Positions 1 to 15,530 of a stretch of 64,000 bases of DNA are shown here, in pieces. Each line of letters starts with the position of its first letter. Within the stretch, counting starts at the first letter, position 1. Both the position numbers and the translations under genes were made by a program. The notes beneath the pieces were generated by a model that was not told the origin of the DNA, ran no database searches, and saw only the letters and a program-made list of their open reading frames with translations. Source of the stretch: Lytechinus pictus. Taxonomy: Eukaryota. The DNA lies in assembly GCF_037042905.1 (NCBI RefSeq), contig NC_087249.1:10418001-10482000 (forward strand), read 5' to 3'.

Positions 1-509
1 TCTTAAGTAAATTTGATTCTTTGAATTATTTTTTAAAATTAAAAATAGAGATTGAAAAATTGAAATTTTCTTGCCATATTACTTTCCACCAATAGAGGAT
101 GTGCACAAAAATATGCCAGAAATCCAAGTTTTTGAGTGCTTTGGTGAATACAAAAATTAATCCCAATTTTACTGAAAAAGTAAATTTGCAATTTGCAACA
201 GAATGGAATGAAGTATTTTTGGTCACAAAAGTGTTATTTTAATTGTTAAAAATATTCATAGGCTCAGGCTCATCCAATTAAATTATAGCCTACTACACAT
301 CTGCTGAAATAAGAAAAAAGATAAAGAGTGTTTTCAAAATACCGTCCCAGGTGTCTAAAGAATTTCTCTTGATTTTCTCTCACCACTCACATCACCACCC
401 CCCCCCCTCTGGGTTTTAGTTTGTTATTTAAAAGTGCTACATAGTTCGCACATTACTTCATAGTTCAAAGTACGTGGTCTTTAATTCACAGGTTCTTCCA
501 CGTTCAGCC

Positions 510-668
510 ATGCCTAAACACAAACCTAGTTCAGGCAGTCAAAGCGAGGAGCCCAAATCTAAGAAGGCTCGTATCAAGTCCAGCCAAACGGATGAAAATG
601 AAGAAGGCGAGGAGGAAGAGCTTTTTAACCGGTCTCAAAACGCAGACTTCACTGCTCCATTCGAATCG
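510..668 (+). CDS. SMC6: SMC6 coding exon 1 ([10 protein letters not shown]...APFES)
   Basis: gccATG at 510, basic NLS-like/acidic N-terminus, GT donor at 669, phase 0 fits exon 2. Confidence 0.8.
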
Positions 669-3600
669 GTAAAAAATTAATATTTTATTTTCGGGGGCTA
701 CTTTTCTCAACTTCCTGCTTAAATCTGCAACATTGAATAAACTCAATAAGCATTGCAGTGAATGGGGAATTTCCAGGGATCTTTTGAGCATTTCATTTTA
801 GGGGGGAAATTTCCCCGAGCCCCAGGCCTTGTAATGTTTATTCTGAGGTGTATCCATACATACCGGACAGGTCCTTGGTCAAGAGAAGTCAGTAATTGTC
901 AGAAGTCAGAATTTTGCACGCAATATTTCAAGTTGTTAGAAATGAAATAGCCTGTAATCCAGTGGGCCCCGTCTTACAAAGAGTTACGATTGATCCGATC
1001 AATCGTAACTATGGACGGCCAGCAACGTCAACATCTATCATGCATGTTTGTTCAACCTATTTTCTAACTATGATGTATATTCATGCATTCATTGTTTTCT
1101 TGAAAATTCACTGCGCTTCTCTTTGCATACAAAGGTCACTGTGCATATTTTTCGTAGAAAAATTATGACACTGATGGATTTCCATAGAGTTTGGTTGGCT
1201 GCTACAAGCCCTGTTCCTGTGATGATGATTAACATAATTTTAGGTTTCTCATGAAAAAGGCCAAAGATACTGAAAATGCCACACTGACACACAAACCAAA
1301 TACCATTGCAGTTACAACATTTTTGTTCCAGATTAAGTAAGAATTTGCTTGTTCTTTTATGCTCTTTGTAAATTTTTATCCTTCCAGGTAGAAGCAGAGT
1401 ATGGAATCATTGAGAAGATAACTGTAAAGAATTTTATATGCCATGGTAGACTTGAGTGTAGTTTCGGTCCAAACGTCAACTTTGTTGTTGGCCGCAATGG
1501 GAGTAAGTGTAATCCTTTGTAGTTTTATAATTGATTCACAGTTACGATTAGTCATAATGGAACAAATTTTTGAAAAAAAAATAATCAAATGTGATTTTAT
1601 TGATGGTGTTTGTGGAGAATGGAAGTGGAACATTTGCTTTTGTTTAAATGATTTCGAAATGGTATAAAATGTATCAATCAAGTTCTGTTTAATGTCTATA
1701 CCTATATTACAACAGGTAGTTGTTGGAAAGGAGAGGAGCCTTGCTGCTTTTTTCCTTTTACCCCATGCTCGAAACTATGAGCTAATATGCATCTGTTAAC
1801 TAGCAGGTTAGATATTGAACGTATGAAGAAAAGTGTTTAAAACTTCAACATGAGAACATTGTGTCTCGGCAACTCTTTGCTGTCCCTTTTAATGTTTTCT
1901 TGATCAATGGTCAAATGTGTTTATGCCTCTTATGAGCGAACACATTTTTTGTAACTTTGTACTATTTTCAACTGCAAAAAGTGACATGACATTAAAAAAT
2001 GTCAGCAAATAACCAGAACAACACAAATATTGCACTGAATATGAAAGAATCTGATTTTCCTTTGATTGACTCTGGTACGCAAGATATGAGATGGGCACCG
2101 TGCTGAATTTGAGGACTTGTTTGGTGTCCCATTTCTAACACAAACCATTCATGAGCCTTATTGCAATTTAACCAATATTTTTATGAATTTGAAACTGATA
2201 CTTGGGCTCCAAAGATCACCTCAGCAGAAGAATGGTGTGCCGCATGGAGGCTCAAAGCCAAGCGAAATGTCAAGAATAGATTGTAACGCTTTAGAACACA
2301 TCAATGTGTTTTGTAAATTACAAGAGTTACAGCTCCTTCCTAGCAACTCCCTGATTACAACTTGAATTCCAACATGTCGATGGATACAACTATGCCATCC
2401 AATGGTATCTTTTATGGAATTCTTGATTTTGATTGGCTGTTTAACCTTGTTACTGTAGTGGTTACCGTTGGAAGGCAAAGTAACCATAATAGTACATTTT
2501 ATCAAAGGTACTACATGGGGAAGATCGGACACTTCGGCAATTTTTTGAAACGCTCAATAAATGCTCATTGGGAAGGACGCCCACTAGCGTTGAATAAGTA
2601 AACCATCGTACATCAGCACGCTGCTGTGTATAAAGCATATAGGGAAAATGAGAGAGGGGATTTTGGAGAGGTCTCAAGGGCGGAGCACAGGAATAATTCC
2701 AACTTTAATTACCCAGAAACCTCTGAAATATATTCATCTCAAATTCAAGGGAAAAAAATTGACGAAAAAAAATCTTAAAATGTAAAATCGTCTTCCTTCA
2801 CCCCTTCACCATTTCTCTCATATGTTTTGTACACAACCAGATCGCGATACGCAAAGTTAAAAAAGGTTGTTACTTGCTCAACGCTGTGGGATGTTCTTCC
2901 TGAGCTTTTCATTACGTGGTCTACATGAATGTACTGTCTGATCTTCCCCTTGTAGTATCTTTGCCTTTATGCAACAGGGCCCAGGTCACGTTGCATAAAA
3001 GTATCTCTGCCATGCGTTGGAAACTTCCTTGGTTACAATGCTCAACAGCAAATCAAAGTCAAGGATAATATTGAGTTATCATTAATGGCAAAATGGTAAC
3101 TTTTATTTATGCAACAGGCCCCTGATTTTCGCCATGTATTATTATCAATATGATGGCTCTTCCTGAATGTTTTTGATTTTGCACATGTTATCATTGCATT
3201 TTCACAGGTGGAAAGAGTGCTATTCTGACCGCTATTGTAGTGGGGCTTGGTGGAAAAGCCATTGTAACTAGCCGAGGTAACTCGGTTAAGAACTTCATCA
3301 AGGCTGGCAAAAGGTGAGTACCAACCCTGTGTTTGCTATTACATGATAGTAATAACTGCTATGTTGGGCAAGTAATTTAGTTTTGTGCATCATGTTGACA
3401 GAAAACAAATGAACCTTGTTAACCGGAAAATAAACTTATATAAAAAAAAAATTTCACACCATCTATTCAGTTAAATTTGTTTCAATTCAATTAAAAAACG
3501 TTGAACTTTGAATTTTCAGTTCAGTATGTACGTGCTATTAAGGATCAAAGGTCAGTGAGTCATTCAATGTGTATTGTTCTTTTTTTTGCAACAAGGGTCA

Positions 3601-6600
3601 TTTAATGTCATCCGTCATGTACACAGACAACCCCCCCTGATAAGAGATTTACACTGGCTGAAAAAAAATTGAATTGAGCGTAAGTCTCTATCACATTCAA
3701 ATGTCTCAATGAGCAAGCTCCACCATACCTGTCAGACCTAACAGCAAGGGTCATTTAATGTCAACCGTCATGTACACAGACAACCCCCCCTGATAAGAGA
3801 TTTACACTGGCTGAAAAAAAATTGAATTGAGCGTAAGTCTCTATCACATTCAAATGTCTCAATGAGCAAGCTCCACCATACCTGTCAGACCTAACAGCAA
3901 GGGTCATTTAATGTCAACCGTCATGTACACAGACAACCCCCCCTGATAAGAGATTTACACTGGCTGAAAAAAAATTGAATTGAGCGTAAGTCTCTATCAC
4001 ATTCAAATGTCTCAATGAGCAAGCTCCACCATACCTGTCAGACCTAACAGTTCGCCAATCGATGTACAACACTCAGTCATCATCACATATCCCTCTTTAC
4101 ATCCCCCGGACATTCAAATCAGGAGGCAATAGGTCATTTTCTGTGTTTGCCCCAAAATATTGGAATAGATTACGCTATAAACTTAGGGGCATTTTCACCA
4201 CAGATGGACACAGAGGCAAAAAATCAAGTTGATATTCATGTAAAATGCTTTATGTTTTTTAATAAGACAAGACCTGAAGTTTCTGAGACAAATTTTTTTT
4301 CCGACTCTGGCAGCCATTTTTTATTTCAAAATGGCTGCCAAAGTATGGATACAAATTAGTGTTGAAAATAATATATTGATACATATTTTGTTTTGACAGA
4401 TTTTTAAAGAACAGGTTTGATCATGATGTTTTCGCCTGTGATTTAGCTTGCTGTTATAACACTTTTTAAAATCCCACAGAAAGAAACACCAGTAATTCAT
4501 TCATCTGATAAAAAAACATTGATGAAGTATGTGATATGGTATGTAATGTCAGTTACCGAAAACATGAACTTTTTTTTCTCATTTCCTGGAAAAGAGGATA
4601 TATTATATGAAACTTGGTAGATTTCCTCTCTAGGTAACACCCCTCCCTTCTACACCAAAATTAAAGATTACCAATTAACAATGAAGCCATAGGGTACCAT
4701 TAAATATATGTAATGTCAGTTACCAAGTGGAAAATGTAATGTCAGTTACCGAGATGTAATGTCAGTTACCATGATAAAACGTTGGTTACCAATATTGAAA
4801 TGCAAATATGTGGTCAATTTTATGTTGAAGAAATATTGTATACTTGTTATTTAAGTCAAGTCACACCAGAAGGAGCTTGCTATTGACTTTTAAAAGGTAT
4901 AGTTCACAAGGAATACTATATGAAATTATGAAGGAAGTTGCATTCTGTTTTGTACATGCACTTACCAAGTACCTAATTGTTTGTATCAGACAATTTTTTG
5001 TTTGGTTTTTTTTTTTTTTTGGGGGGGGGTACTTTTCCCAACCTATTGCCTAAATCTGCAACATTTTTAAAGCTTAACATTGTGATGAAGGGGATTTCCA
5101 TGGTCCCTTTTTTAGTTTCTAGGATTCTTTTGAGCATTGCCTCGCTAAAAGTAAATTCCTGGTTTTTATACCTGTTAGTAGTGTGGATGTGTGATTCAAT
5201 TTTGTTTTTGGTTTACAAACTATAGATGAAAAGTGAAATTTGACAGTTCTGATCAATGTTGCATGGATCTACTAAAACTGTGGTGTTTTTTTCTAATTTA
5301 CAAATAGTTCAGTTTCAGTTTAGAAGCTGGAGTTTATTTTTTGTTGACAGCTTATAAAAGAAATTAGCAAAGAAAATGATTACACAAATTATGAAGAGAA
5401 TTGAAATCCGACAGATATGAACAAGCATTGCTTGCACTGACCAGAATAGAAATCAATAAAACTACATGGCTGCATGAGATTCGGGGGAGGGGTACATGTA
5501 TGTAGCCTAGGGGAGGAGACCCTTATTCATTTTTGCCTTTTTTGAGGGGAGGGGGAGGTTGGAGAAGGAAAAGGTTTAAAAAGTCAATATAAAACTGATG
5601 AATATATTATGGGTGTATAGTCAGAAAAATCCATGTGTACAGTCAATGCAATATTAAACTACTATAGGAAAACATGTAGCTGCTATGACCCCACCCCCCC
5701 CCCCCCCCGAGTAAGTAAAACATACATTTCTTATCTTTTGATAATTAAAAATGTGAAGTATTATGAAACTTTTATGATTTTAAAAAGCCTTACATATAAG
5801 TACCAAGAAAATTATGCCTTTGAAAATCATATAGCACTGGTAAATGTTAATGTGTATTGTCAGTTACCGACAAGTAATGATAAAAATGTTCAAATCAAAG
5901 AAAGGAATTATATAAGAAAAAGAAAAAAGTTTTTCATTGAAATGTTCCTAAAAACTTGGGTATACTTCCACATCAAGCTCACTTTCATGTGAAGCCCTGC
6001 ACAGAAGATACAATGCAATGATTCCACACATTTGACTTCCATGTGTTATCTCTATGGCAAATTAAGTGTAATGTCAGTTACCGTAATGTCAGTTACCAGC
6101 ATGGTTGTGGAAAAATTATCATAGTCCCCAAAAGACAAAAACAAATTTTTTAATATTTTGACACATCTTAACCTAGTAACGGAGGTATATTTACTCAGGG
6201 ACATGAGATATTTCAATTTTAATGAACACCCTGAAATTGCATGTCCTTTTGCGTAATGTCAGTTACCGACACATTTTTGTTTGCTGATGCGTAAAAAAAT
6301 GTGGTTACATAGGAAAACTTAGTATCAGAGTATACAGCAAGGTTCACTTTATTAACTCTATCAAAAGCAAACTCCCATCATTTGTTGTTTTAGAGATACA
6401 CACAATGAAAGGTGTGAAAACATTGTGCCGTGTAATGTCAGTTACCGTGAAAATGCCCTTAGACAATGTCCTTCGATTGATGAAGATGCTCAAATCTAAT
6501 TTGTTTTAATATATTGCAAGTAGTGTTTCATTTTGTGTAGTTTTGTTTGAAGTTTTTACCAATTTTATTCATTTTGTCATTTGTATAGTGCTTTGTAACT

Positions 6601-9600
6601 TTTGAAAAAGTGCTTAATATAAAGAAGTAATTATTAGTAGTATTATAATTATTAGTCTGACACACTTGGCCTGAACTGGACCTTTCCTGGCCCTGGGGCC
6701 TAGCAACTTTATCTCCAACTGTCTCATGTGCTTCCAATTTCAGCTTTGGAGCTTAATTTTGAGATGCTATGTCATAATCATACCCTTATCCACATTTTGA
6801 TTGATGCCTAGAGTCAATGATAGTAATTTCTTGATGGCTAACCAGTTGATTTTGTAAGGGACCTTAGCCACATTTAGCTTCGCCCGAATTATTCTGGAAC
6901 GGACAAAGTGCTACACAGTTTTTCTTTGTGAAATCATATAAATAAGAGTAAAAAATGATATCTTGAAAAAAAATCTTAAATTCTTACATATTTGATGTTA
7001 AATAGGCAAAGTAATATTTTTCATCAATAAATTTGCATATTTCCTGATAATCAAAAAATAATTATTTTCGATTTTTTGTCTCACCTGCATAGCAGAGTGA
7101 GACTATAGGCGCCGCTTTTCCGACGGCGACGGCGGCGGCGTCAACACCAAATCTTAACCTGAGGTTAAGTTTTTGAAATGACAGCATAACTTAGAAAGTA
7201 TATGGACCTAGTTCATGAAACTTGGCCATAAGGTTAATCAAGTATTACTGAACATCCTGCCTGAGTTTCATGTCACATGACCAAGGTCAAAGGTCATTTA
7301 GGGTCAATGAACTTAGACCATGTTGGGGGAATCAACATCAAAATCTTAACCTAAGGTTAAGTTTTTGAAATGTCATCATAACTTAGAAAATATATGGACC
7401 TAGTTCATGAAACTTATACATAAGGTTAATCAAGTATCACTGAACATCCTGCATGAGTTTCACGTCACATGACCAAGGTCAAAGGTCATTTAGGGTCAAT
7501 GAACTTTGGCCGAATTGGGGGTATCTGTTGAATTACCATCATAACTTTGAAATTTTATGGATCTGATTCATGAAACTTGGACATAATAGTAATCAAGTAT
7601 TACTGAACATCCTGTGCAAGTTTCAGGTCACATGATCAAGGTCAAAGGTCATTTGGGGTCAATGAACTTTGGCCAAATTGGGGTATTTGTTGAATTACAG
7701 CCATAAATTTGAAAGTGTGTTGGTCTAGTTCATAAAACTTGGACATAAGAGTAATCAAGTATCACTGAACATCCTGTGCGAGTTTCAGGTCACATGATCA
7801 AGGTCAAAGAACTTTGGCCACGTTGGGGGTATTTGTTGAATTGCCATCATATCTCTATAAGTGTATTGGTCTAGTTCATAAAATGTGGAAATACGAGTAA
7901 CCAAGTATCACTGAACATCTTGTGCGAGTTATAGTAGTTTTCAAAATCAGCACTGCTGCTATATTGAATCGCGTGATGCAGGTGAGACGGCCAGAGGCAT
8001 TCCACTTGTTTAAATTTTGGCTTGCAGTTTACATTTTGAAAAAAAAATGTGCGTATCAAAGTTTGGCGTGATCGCGCAAACGGCAGCTGAGATCAGAGGG
8101 TTATGGGTTATTGTTGATCAATTTTGACAAGTTATACATCATTATAAAGCTTAGGTTTTGGGGTGACTGGCTACATAAGACGGCAAGCAATATTGCATAA
8201 ATTTACTTTATTACAACGATGCAGATTAACGTAGGAAATTTGGTTTTTGTTTGACTGCGTTGTATTCGTGTGTTGAATCTGAGATCATCAATACTTTTCT
8301 TATTTTGTAGCGTTGCAGAGATATGCATCAAGTTACGCAATAGAGGGCACGATGCGTACAAGCCAGAAGTATTTGGACCGTCCATTACAGTGATCAGAAG
8401 AATAAAGAGCGGGAAAGATGGGAGCTCTAATTACAAAATACTGTCAGCTAAAGATAAATTAATAAGTACGAAGAAAGACGAGTTGTCCCACATCATGGAT
8501 CATTTCAACATACAGGTAATTGTTAACACGCAAGGTTTACACGGAATGATGCCACAAGGCATTTAATTTGACTTATATTGCACCAAACCCAGTGCTGAAG
8601 GCACTCTACAAGTAAAGAAAAAGAAAAATTGAACTGAAAGATTTTGGGTTGTTTTTCAAAAGTTTCAGAAGTTTAACATGTTTTAATTTCTTAAAGAAGG
8701 CTGTTCCATAATTTATAGGATGAGTGGATTCATGATCATGTTTGGAAACTATAGAAAAGTGAAATATTTTGTTTTTGTTATCTCCCCCCCCCCTCAGGTG
8801 GATAATCCTGTATCTATAATGAACCAAGAGACCAGTAAAAACTTCCTCCTCAAGCAAAGTGCCAAAGACAAGTACAAGGTAAGGGGCAAATCTATGGTCA
8901 GTCCCATTAGAATTTGATGTGTCTTTTTTTATTACTTGGTGCTGTCAGTGTGACGGGGGTGAGTCTTTCTATCAAGTTCATACGGTAAATTTAACTTCAT
9001 AGCCAAGGTTTTATAAAGCAATACTTGCAGAAAGGTTGCAGGTTGTATGTTTGCACATTTTCTTTAAATATGTGAAATGATGACCTTCAGATTATCCAAC
9101 TGAAAATTTTACAAAGCAAATAGTAATTTTCTGTTAAATTAACATTTTAAGTAAAAAAGTATATGTAGTCCCATAAATGCTCTTTTTTGCATGTTTCGAA
9201 TTCTCCTATAAGGAGACACGTAAGAGAGATATTTTGAGGTTGATTATGATCTTTCATTGCATTTATGAACTTCCATATAAGCTTTAATCCCAAATTTTGA
9301 TCTTGATTTGAAATCAAGCCAATATAAGATTTTGGAAAATGTACACTTTTGCTTGGAACCGCCCTGAAGGGGCCATTTCACTATCACGATCTGAAACCCT
9401 GATCTATCCCAATCATTAGATCGGCGGAAAGCGGGATAGGAATCGGTTTAAATTGGAAGCAGCGTAATAACAATTCTGTGAAGACGGGGTAACAGTGGGT
9501 ATTTTATTCAGATTGGCGTCATGGTCTAAAAATTTTGAATATGTTTGAAATTTCATGCCGATCTTCCTGATCAGAAAACAGCCATTTTGAATCGCGGAAA

Positions 9601-12600
9601 AAACGTAAGCAACATGACGCGCAGTTGAGGGATGAGCGTAATCAGCTGTACACGGACGTAATGAATCCCAGTTCCTTTGGAAAATTTATATTACTGCAAA
9701 TTATTTTTCACTGACTCCTTGTAAAACAGTTCATTTCCCCTGATCCTGCTCGATCTGAAGGTTTGTCAAATCGTAGTCAAATTGCCATAGTGGAACAGGG
9801 GCTTAGGGCATATTCCTTACATTCCCTGTTTGATAAAGTTTAATGATAATAAAGATGCTCTTTCTAATTCGCTTTCTTACAAAAATGAGAATTTTAGATG
9901 GAATATTTAAATGATGCATAATTGGAGTAAAAAAAAAAATTGAATTCAGTTTATATATACCTGAATCGGTAGACCAGCTTAGCCAGGGTAATATATGAAT
10001 GGCATTACCACCTAATACCGCTCTTCAAATACTCTATATTATTTTCATTATTATATGAGTTCTTAATTCATAGCAATGTTTCATGTCCTTTAATTTCCAG
10101 TTTTTCCTGAAGGCGACCCAATTGGAGCAGGTCTCCAATGAATATCGAGAAATTGTGGTCCTTAAAGAAGGAACAGAAGATGATGTCAACGTACAGAGTG
10201 CTGTAAGTTTTATTTCCAGTCTCCTACTCATCTTACTTCACCTCCTCATCCTTGACTTTACCGTCATCCTTCTTTTCTTCTCATCCTTATCCATATCATC
10301 CTCATTCTTATCCTTGTACTCATCTTTTTTTCTCCTTATAATCCTTTTTATTCTTATCCTTTTTTTTCTTCATTTTTATATGCCTGTCCTAGACAGGATG
10401 TATTATGGTATCATGCTCGGTGTCCGTCCGTCTGTCTGTCCGTTAACTTTTCCTTGTAAACACGATAACTTCAGTTTGACTTAACCTAGGCTCATATAAT
10501 TTGGTGTGTATGATACTAGCATAGATCCCAGCAAATCTAACGATTTTGAGGTCAGAAGGTCAAAGGTGAAGTTGCCGCCTTCCACTTTTCTTGCTTGAAC
10601 AATGACTCCATTTTCCGCGTCACAGGCGGGCGAATTATGTGCTCACCTTAGCGACACTATTGTTTCATCTTTGTCCTAGTCGTCATCTTTAACCTTCTCA
10701 TCTGTATCCATCTTGTCATCATCCCTTTCTCCTCATCCTCTTTCCCATTCTTCTCTGTTTTATCCTCATCCTCCGTATCTTTATACTTCAATCCCTCTCC
10801 TCATCCCTGTCCTTCTCATCAACTTTGTGGAGCGTTGTGGCCCAGTGGATTAGTCTTCTGACTTTGAAACAGAGGGTCGTGGGTTTGAATCCCAGCCATG
10901 GCGTAATTTCCTTCAGCAAAAAGTTCATCCACATTGTGCTGCACTCAACCCAGGTGAGATGAATGGGTACCTGGCAGGAATTTATTCCTTGAAATGCCAC
11001 CGCGCTGTAAAAGGCTGCGGGGCTAAAGCCTGGGTAATAATATCCAAGTCCTTTGGAAGCGCCTAGGGATGTTATGACATAATGTGATATGCTTTATACA
11101 AGAACTGCGTTATTATTATTATTATTATTATTAAATTATTCTTTCTCTTTCTTTCTTATTTTGCTTCCTCTTTTTCCTCCTCCTCTTTTTTTTCGACTCA
11201 TCCTTTACTTCCTCAACTCTTTCCTTATCTTCATTCTGCATTTTTTTCCAAACAGGTAATATAAATCACATTGTGACACAATAATTATGTTATATACAAA
11301 TATTTTTGTTCTTGAAACAATGAAGTATGTGATTGATGTTAATGATAATGATAATCATTGCAATGACGATCATAATGACGAAAATGACAGCAAAAATGGT
11401 AATGATGATGGTGAGTCTCAGTATTTGTACCTCTTAAAAAACATTCGAACAGGTTGTCTCTTAAAAAAGGGGGGGAATTTTTATTTTTCCTGGAATACTG
11501 TTTTAAGGCATCCTCACTTGGCACAATGTTAATTTATACATGTACCTTAACTTGAAAACTAATCTGTATCTCATCCTATCAACAGAAACTTCCTGACCTA
11601 GAGAAAGAGGTGCTGGAGTTGGAACAGAAGTTCAAGGCTTTGACTTGCCTTCATGATCTAACAGACAAGAGGAAGGAGCTTATCAACCAGTCAGCATGGG
11701 CCCAGGTGGCCGAGATGGAAAAGGTGACATTCCACATATATACGCATTTAACATTTTTACGGCTTCACCCATTTTTCCCCCTCTGTCCTGTTTTAATTCT
11801 TGAATTACCTCAAGAAATGTCCATACTTCAAAATTGGTCCAAGTTTATGAGTAACAATAATCTGATTAGATTTGGGGTATCAAGGTCAAAGGGCGTGGGG
11901 GTCATTGCGTGATGATTTAAAGTTTAGAGCGTAATATATTCTTCTTTTTTTTCTCAATGCACACATTAGTACCAATAATGCCTATAGCATTTCTATTTTT
12001 GAAAATTAGAAAATTTAGAAAGCACCGTTTATTCAATGACTTTCTTGCTCATGGCTGTAGGTGCTGTGGCTGGGGATGGAACCCTGACATCCACATTGTT
12101 TCATGTATTCTAGATCTGGCAATGGTAGAGGCATGAATTTAGTTTAGATATAGGTTTTTCAAACTGTTTCTGCCAAGGATGGGTTCCATTATGGGTGGTA
12201 TTGACTCCCATTTGTATTTTAAAGTCAATCATTTTGGGGTTGCAATGAGCAATATATTGGAGAATACATGTAAGTGCTTGATATTGAAGTGGGTTGTCAT
12301 TAAGTTATCAGGGATCTAGATTTTTATATTTTTTACATAGTTTAAACAAGATTAATGTTGTAAAATGAAAAAGAATGACTGAAAAATGGGCATGCTGAAA
12401 ATCCTAACACAAATAAACATACAAGGATTCATAACATTCATTAATTACAGTTTGGAAAAAGGATCTGGCTTCTCCCAGAATGCCATGCTCGTTTTGCTGA
12501 TAACTGAGATTTGACCAATTTTCTAACCAGAATAATTAAGCACATAAATTCATTTTTACAAATGCTTTGATGGTAATTTTGATTGAATTTGTTTATTTTG

Positions 12601-15499
12601 TTTACCATTGCCACAAACAGAATCATTACTTGATGGGAAAGTAGATGAATGTAAAGATCAGTTTTCACCTTCATGATCCTGTGTTCCACATTTGACATTA
12701 TTTGACAACAACAAAAATTTGTAAACTGAGTTCTTACATTAATCTAAATTTTTTCCTAAAGACAACAAGTTTGATAATATCTTAACTGCAAATGGTATAT
12801 TTTCAGTCCTTATTTGATTCTACCATCTATGAAGTTTTATTTCAGGCTTTTAATTTGTTTTGATTCTGTTTTTTTTTTAATGATTTTTCTGTGGAATAGG
12901 AGAGGGATAGCAAAAAGAATGAAGTCCAGCATGAAGAAAGTCGAGAGCCCAAGTTTGTTGAGAAGATTCAGCAACAGGAGGTATGTGTTTTGTACTGTAT
13001 GGCCGACAGATGGTATTGTTGGAAACTATGGTACCTGGGCCCCGTCTTACAAAGAGTTGCGATTGATTCAATCAACCTGAACTACATGGAAATCCACCTT
13101 TGTCATAATTTTTCCTCCCGAAAATTTGCAGAAAGTCATCTGTAAACAAAGAGGAAGCACACATAATTGTCAAGACAATGATGAATGTATGAGTTTACAT
13201 TACCGGTATATCTAGATAACATTTTGACAAACATGCATTTTATAAGTTGGCATTGTTGGCTCTCCATAATTGTGGTTGATTCGATCAATCACAACTTTTT
13301 GTAAGACAGGGCCCAGAAGTACTGTACATTTACCATCAATCATTGACGTGATCATACCACAGATTAAACAAGCATTGACACAATCACAAATATTTGGTTT
13401 ATATTCATCACTGCTAAAGATTATATTCTGAATTCTAAAGACTAAGGATAAAGTTTCTCTGACTGCATGTTGCTGGCTGCGATTTTAATGTCATTTTAAT
13501 TTTATGATGACATTACACATCACTTATAGCAATAAATGATTGCATCACCTTAAACAGTCAGGTGCTCCATCTGTATGATGTCATATGCCCTTAGTAATTT
13601 ATCAAACAGTAGGCCTCGTTAATGGGTCGTGACTTTAGGTGTGACTCTGCCTAGATAATATGTGCTGTATTGGATTGTGTAGTGTGCAGCTGGCTTTAGA
13701 GAAATCTAACTTCCACATTATTACTTTGCAGGAAAAGGTGAAGAAAGCAGAAGAGAAGCATGCCGAGATCCAGAGTCAAGTTGAAATACTGAGACAAAGA
13801 CTCGAGGAGCTCTCCCCGCAACACGACACATCGAAAGACAATGTACAAAAGCTCAAAAACACTGTCAAAACTCTTGAGGTACGTGTTGAGACAATAATAC
13901 ATCTATTGAGTATTTCCATCTTTAGGGTGAACAGCTTGCTATGCAGTGGAACAATTGAATTTGGAATTGTGGAAATATATCATTGAAACCAATGATAGAA
14001 ATCATGAATGTGTTTGAAATATTAAATAACTGTATTTTCACGTATACACACATCTAAGTTAAATTATTATGTAAATGTATAATATAAGATGTATAATCCA
14101 GAGATTGGTGATTTTGTCCATTTTTGCCATTGTCACCTTTTTTTTTGCAGAGAGAGATCAAGAAGATAACCTCAATGATCCGCAGTGAAGAATCAGATAG
14201 AAATGATATCTTGCAGAGAATTCAAGATGAAAAAGAAAGGTAGGAGTTTCAATCATTTAATCATGCTAGTTGTCATTAGGTAACATATCCGCATATGTAC
14301 AGGGTTCTAGCGTATGTTTCATAAAGCTTCCTAAGGTACGAATGACTGGTGACTTTTTTGCATTAAATGTATTTCTCACAAACAATTGGTCTAGTGGGAC
14401 AAACGCATGCAAGACCCATTTTCCAAAATGTGTTGGAAACTGTGTTGCCATGGTAATGGCATGGGGTGCGGGATATTAATCACTTTCAGTGATATTTCTA
14501 GTTTACTGTCTTAATTAGCAGCTCTGCAAATTCCCTACACCTCACCCATCCAAACCTTGCTCTTGCTGTCACAATCGCCTCACATCCACCACCCACGCTT
14601 GATTGTTTGTAATCCTCATTTCATCCACAGGGACAGAGCGCAGTTTGAAGAGGAGAGGCTTGAGAGAGAAAGACAGATCACTGCTTTGGTGGAAAAAAAG
14701 CGAGATCTTGAAGCGCAGAAGCAGAACGCTGTCAGAGAGATGGAGCAGTTTGCCAATGCTGTAAACAGTGCTCGAGAACGCATCTATGGACTGCTGTAAG
14801 ATATTTGGTTACTAGCACCAAACAAAAGTGGAATTTAATTAAAAAGAAGAAAAATCAAACCTGTATAAACAGCTAAGACTGAATTTCATCATAATCGGAT
14901 GTAAAACCAGAAAGATGTAACATTTTTAAATTAGCTTATTTTTCACAAGAACAAATTTATGCATAACACAGTTATATGCAAATGAGAGATAGTGTCACTC
15001 ATTAATTATTTTGTGTTTTATTTCAATTTTGCAGATTTGACAGGAAGGAAGCATCTTTATGAATTACAATAGGTTGTATCAATGCAATCCCAAATTTTCA
15101 GGGGAAAATCAATCCTTGTGTCATATTATAATAAAAAACATTAAGATGTTTCATATTTTTTGGATATAATACGAGAGTATAAGTGAGTGGATGATGTCAT
15201 TGATTCCCTCATTTGCATATAACATTTTGATGACATTTTCAGTTTTATGCTATTTTGATATTTTTTCTTTTCATTAAAAATCAACCTTTTGCTGGTTGGA
15301 CTTGCCCTTTCAGATAAGTGATTAATGTGTTTAGTATTGATATGATTGTCTTGGGAAATGCCAATGGCATTGTCCAAGAAAGTTATAACCACAAAGATAT
15401 CAATAACATACATGTAAATATCATGAATTACTTGTAAAAGATTGGAATTCATACTTTTTAACAAGCCAACTTGGGGTGAGATGGTACTATCATGAATAC

Positions 15500-15530
<31 letters not shown>

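Noticed and set aside
4542..6446. Interspersed 15-mer repeats as a CRISPR array
   Set aside because: Spacing is highly irregular (0 to ~1100 bp) and the repeats lie within TIR/TSD boundaries.
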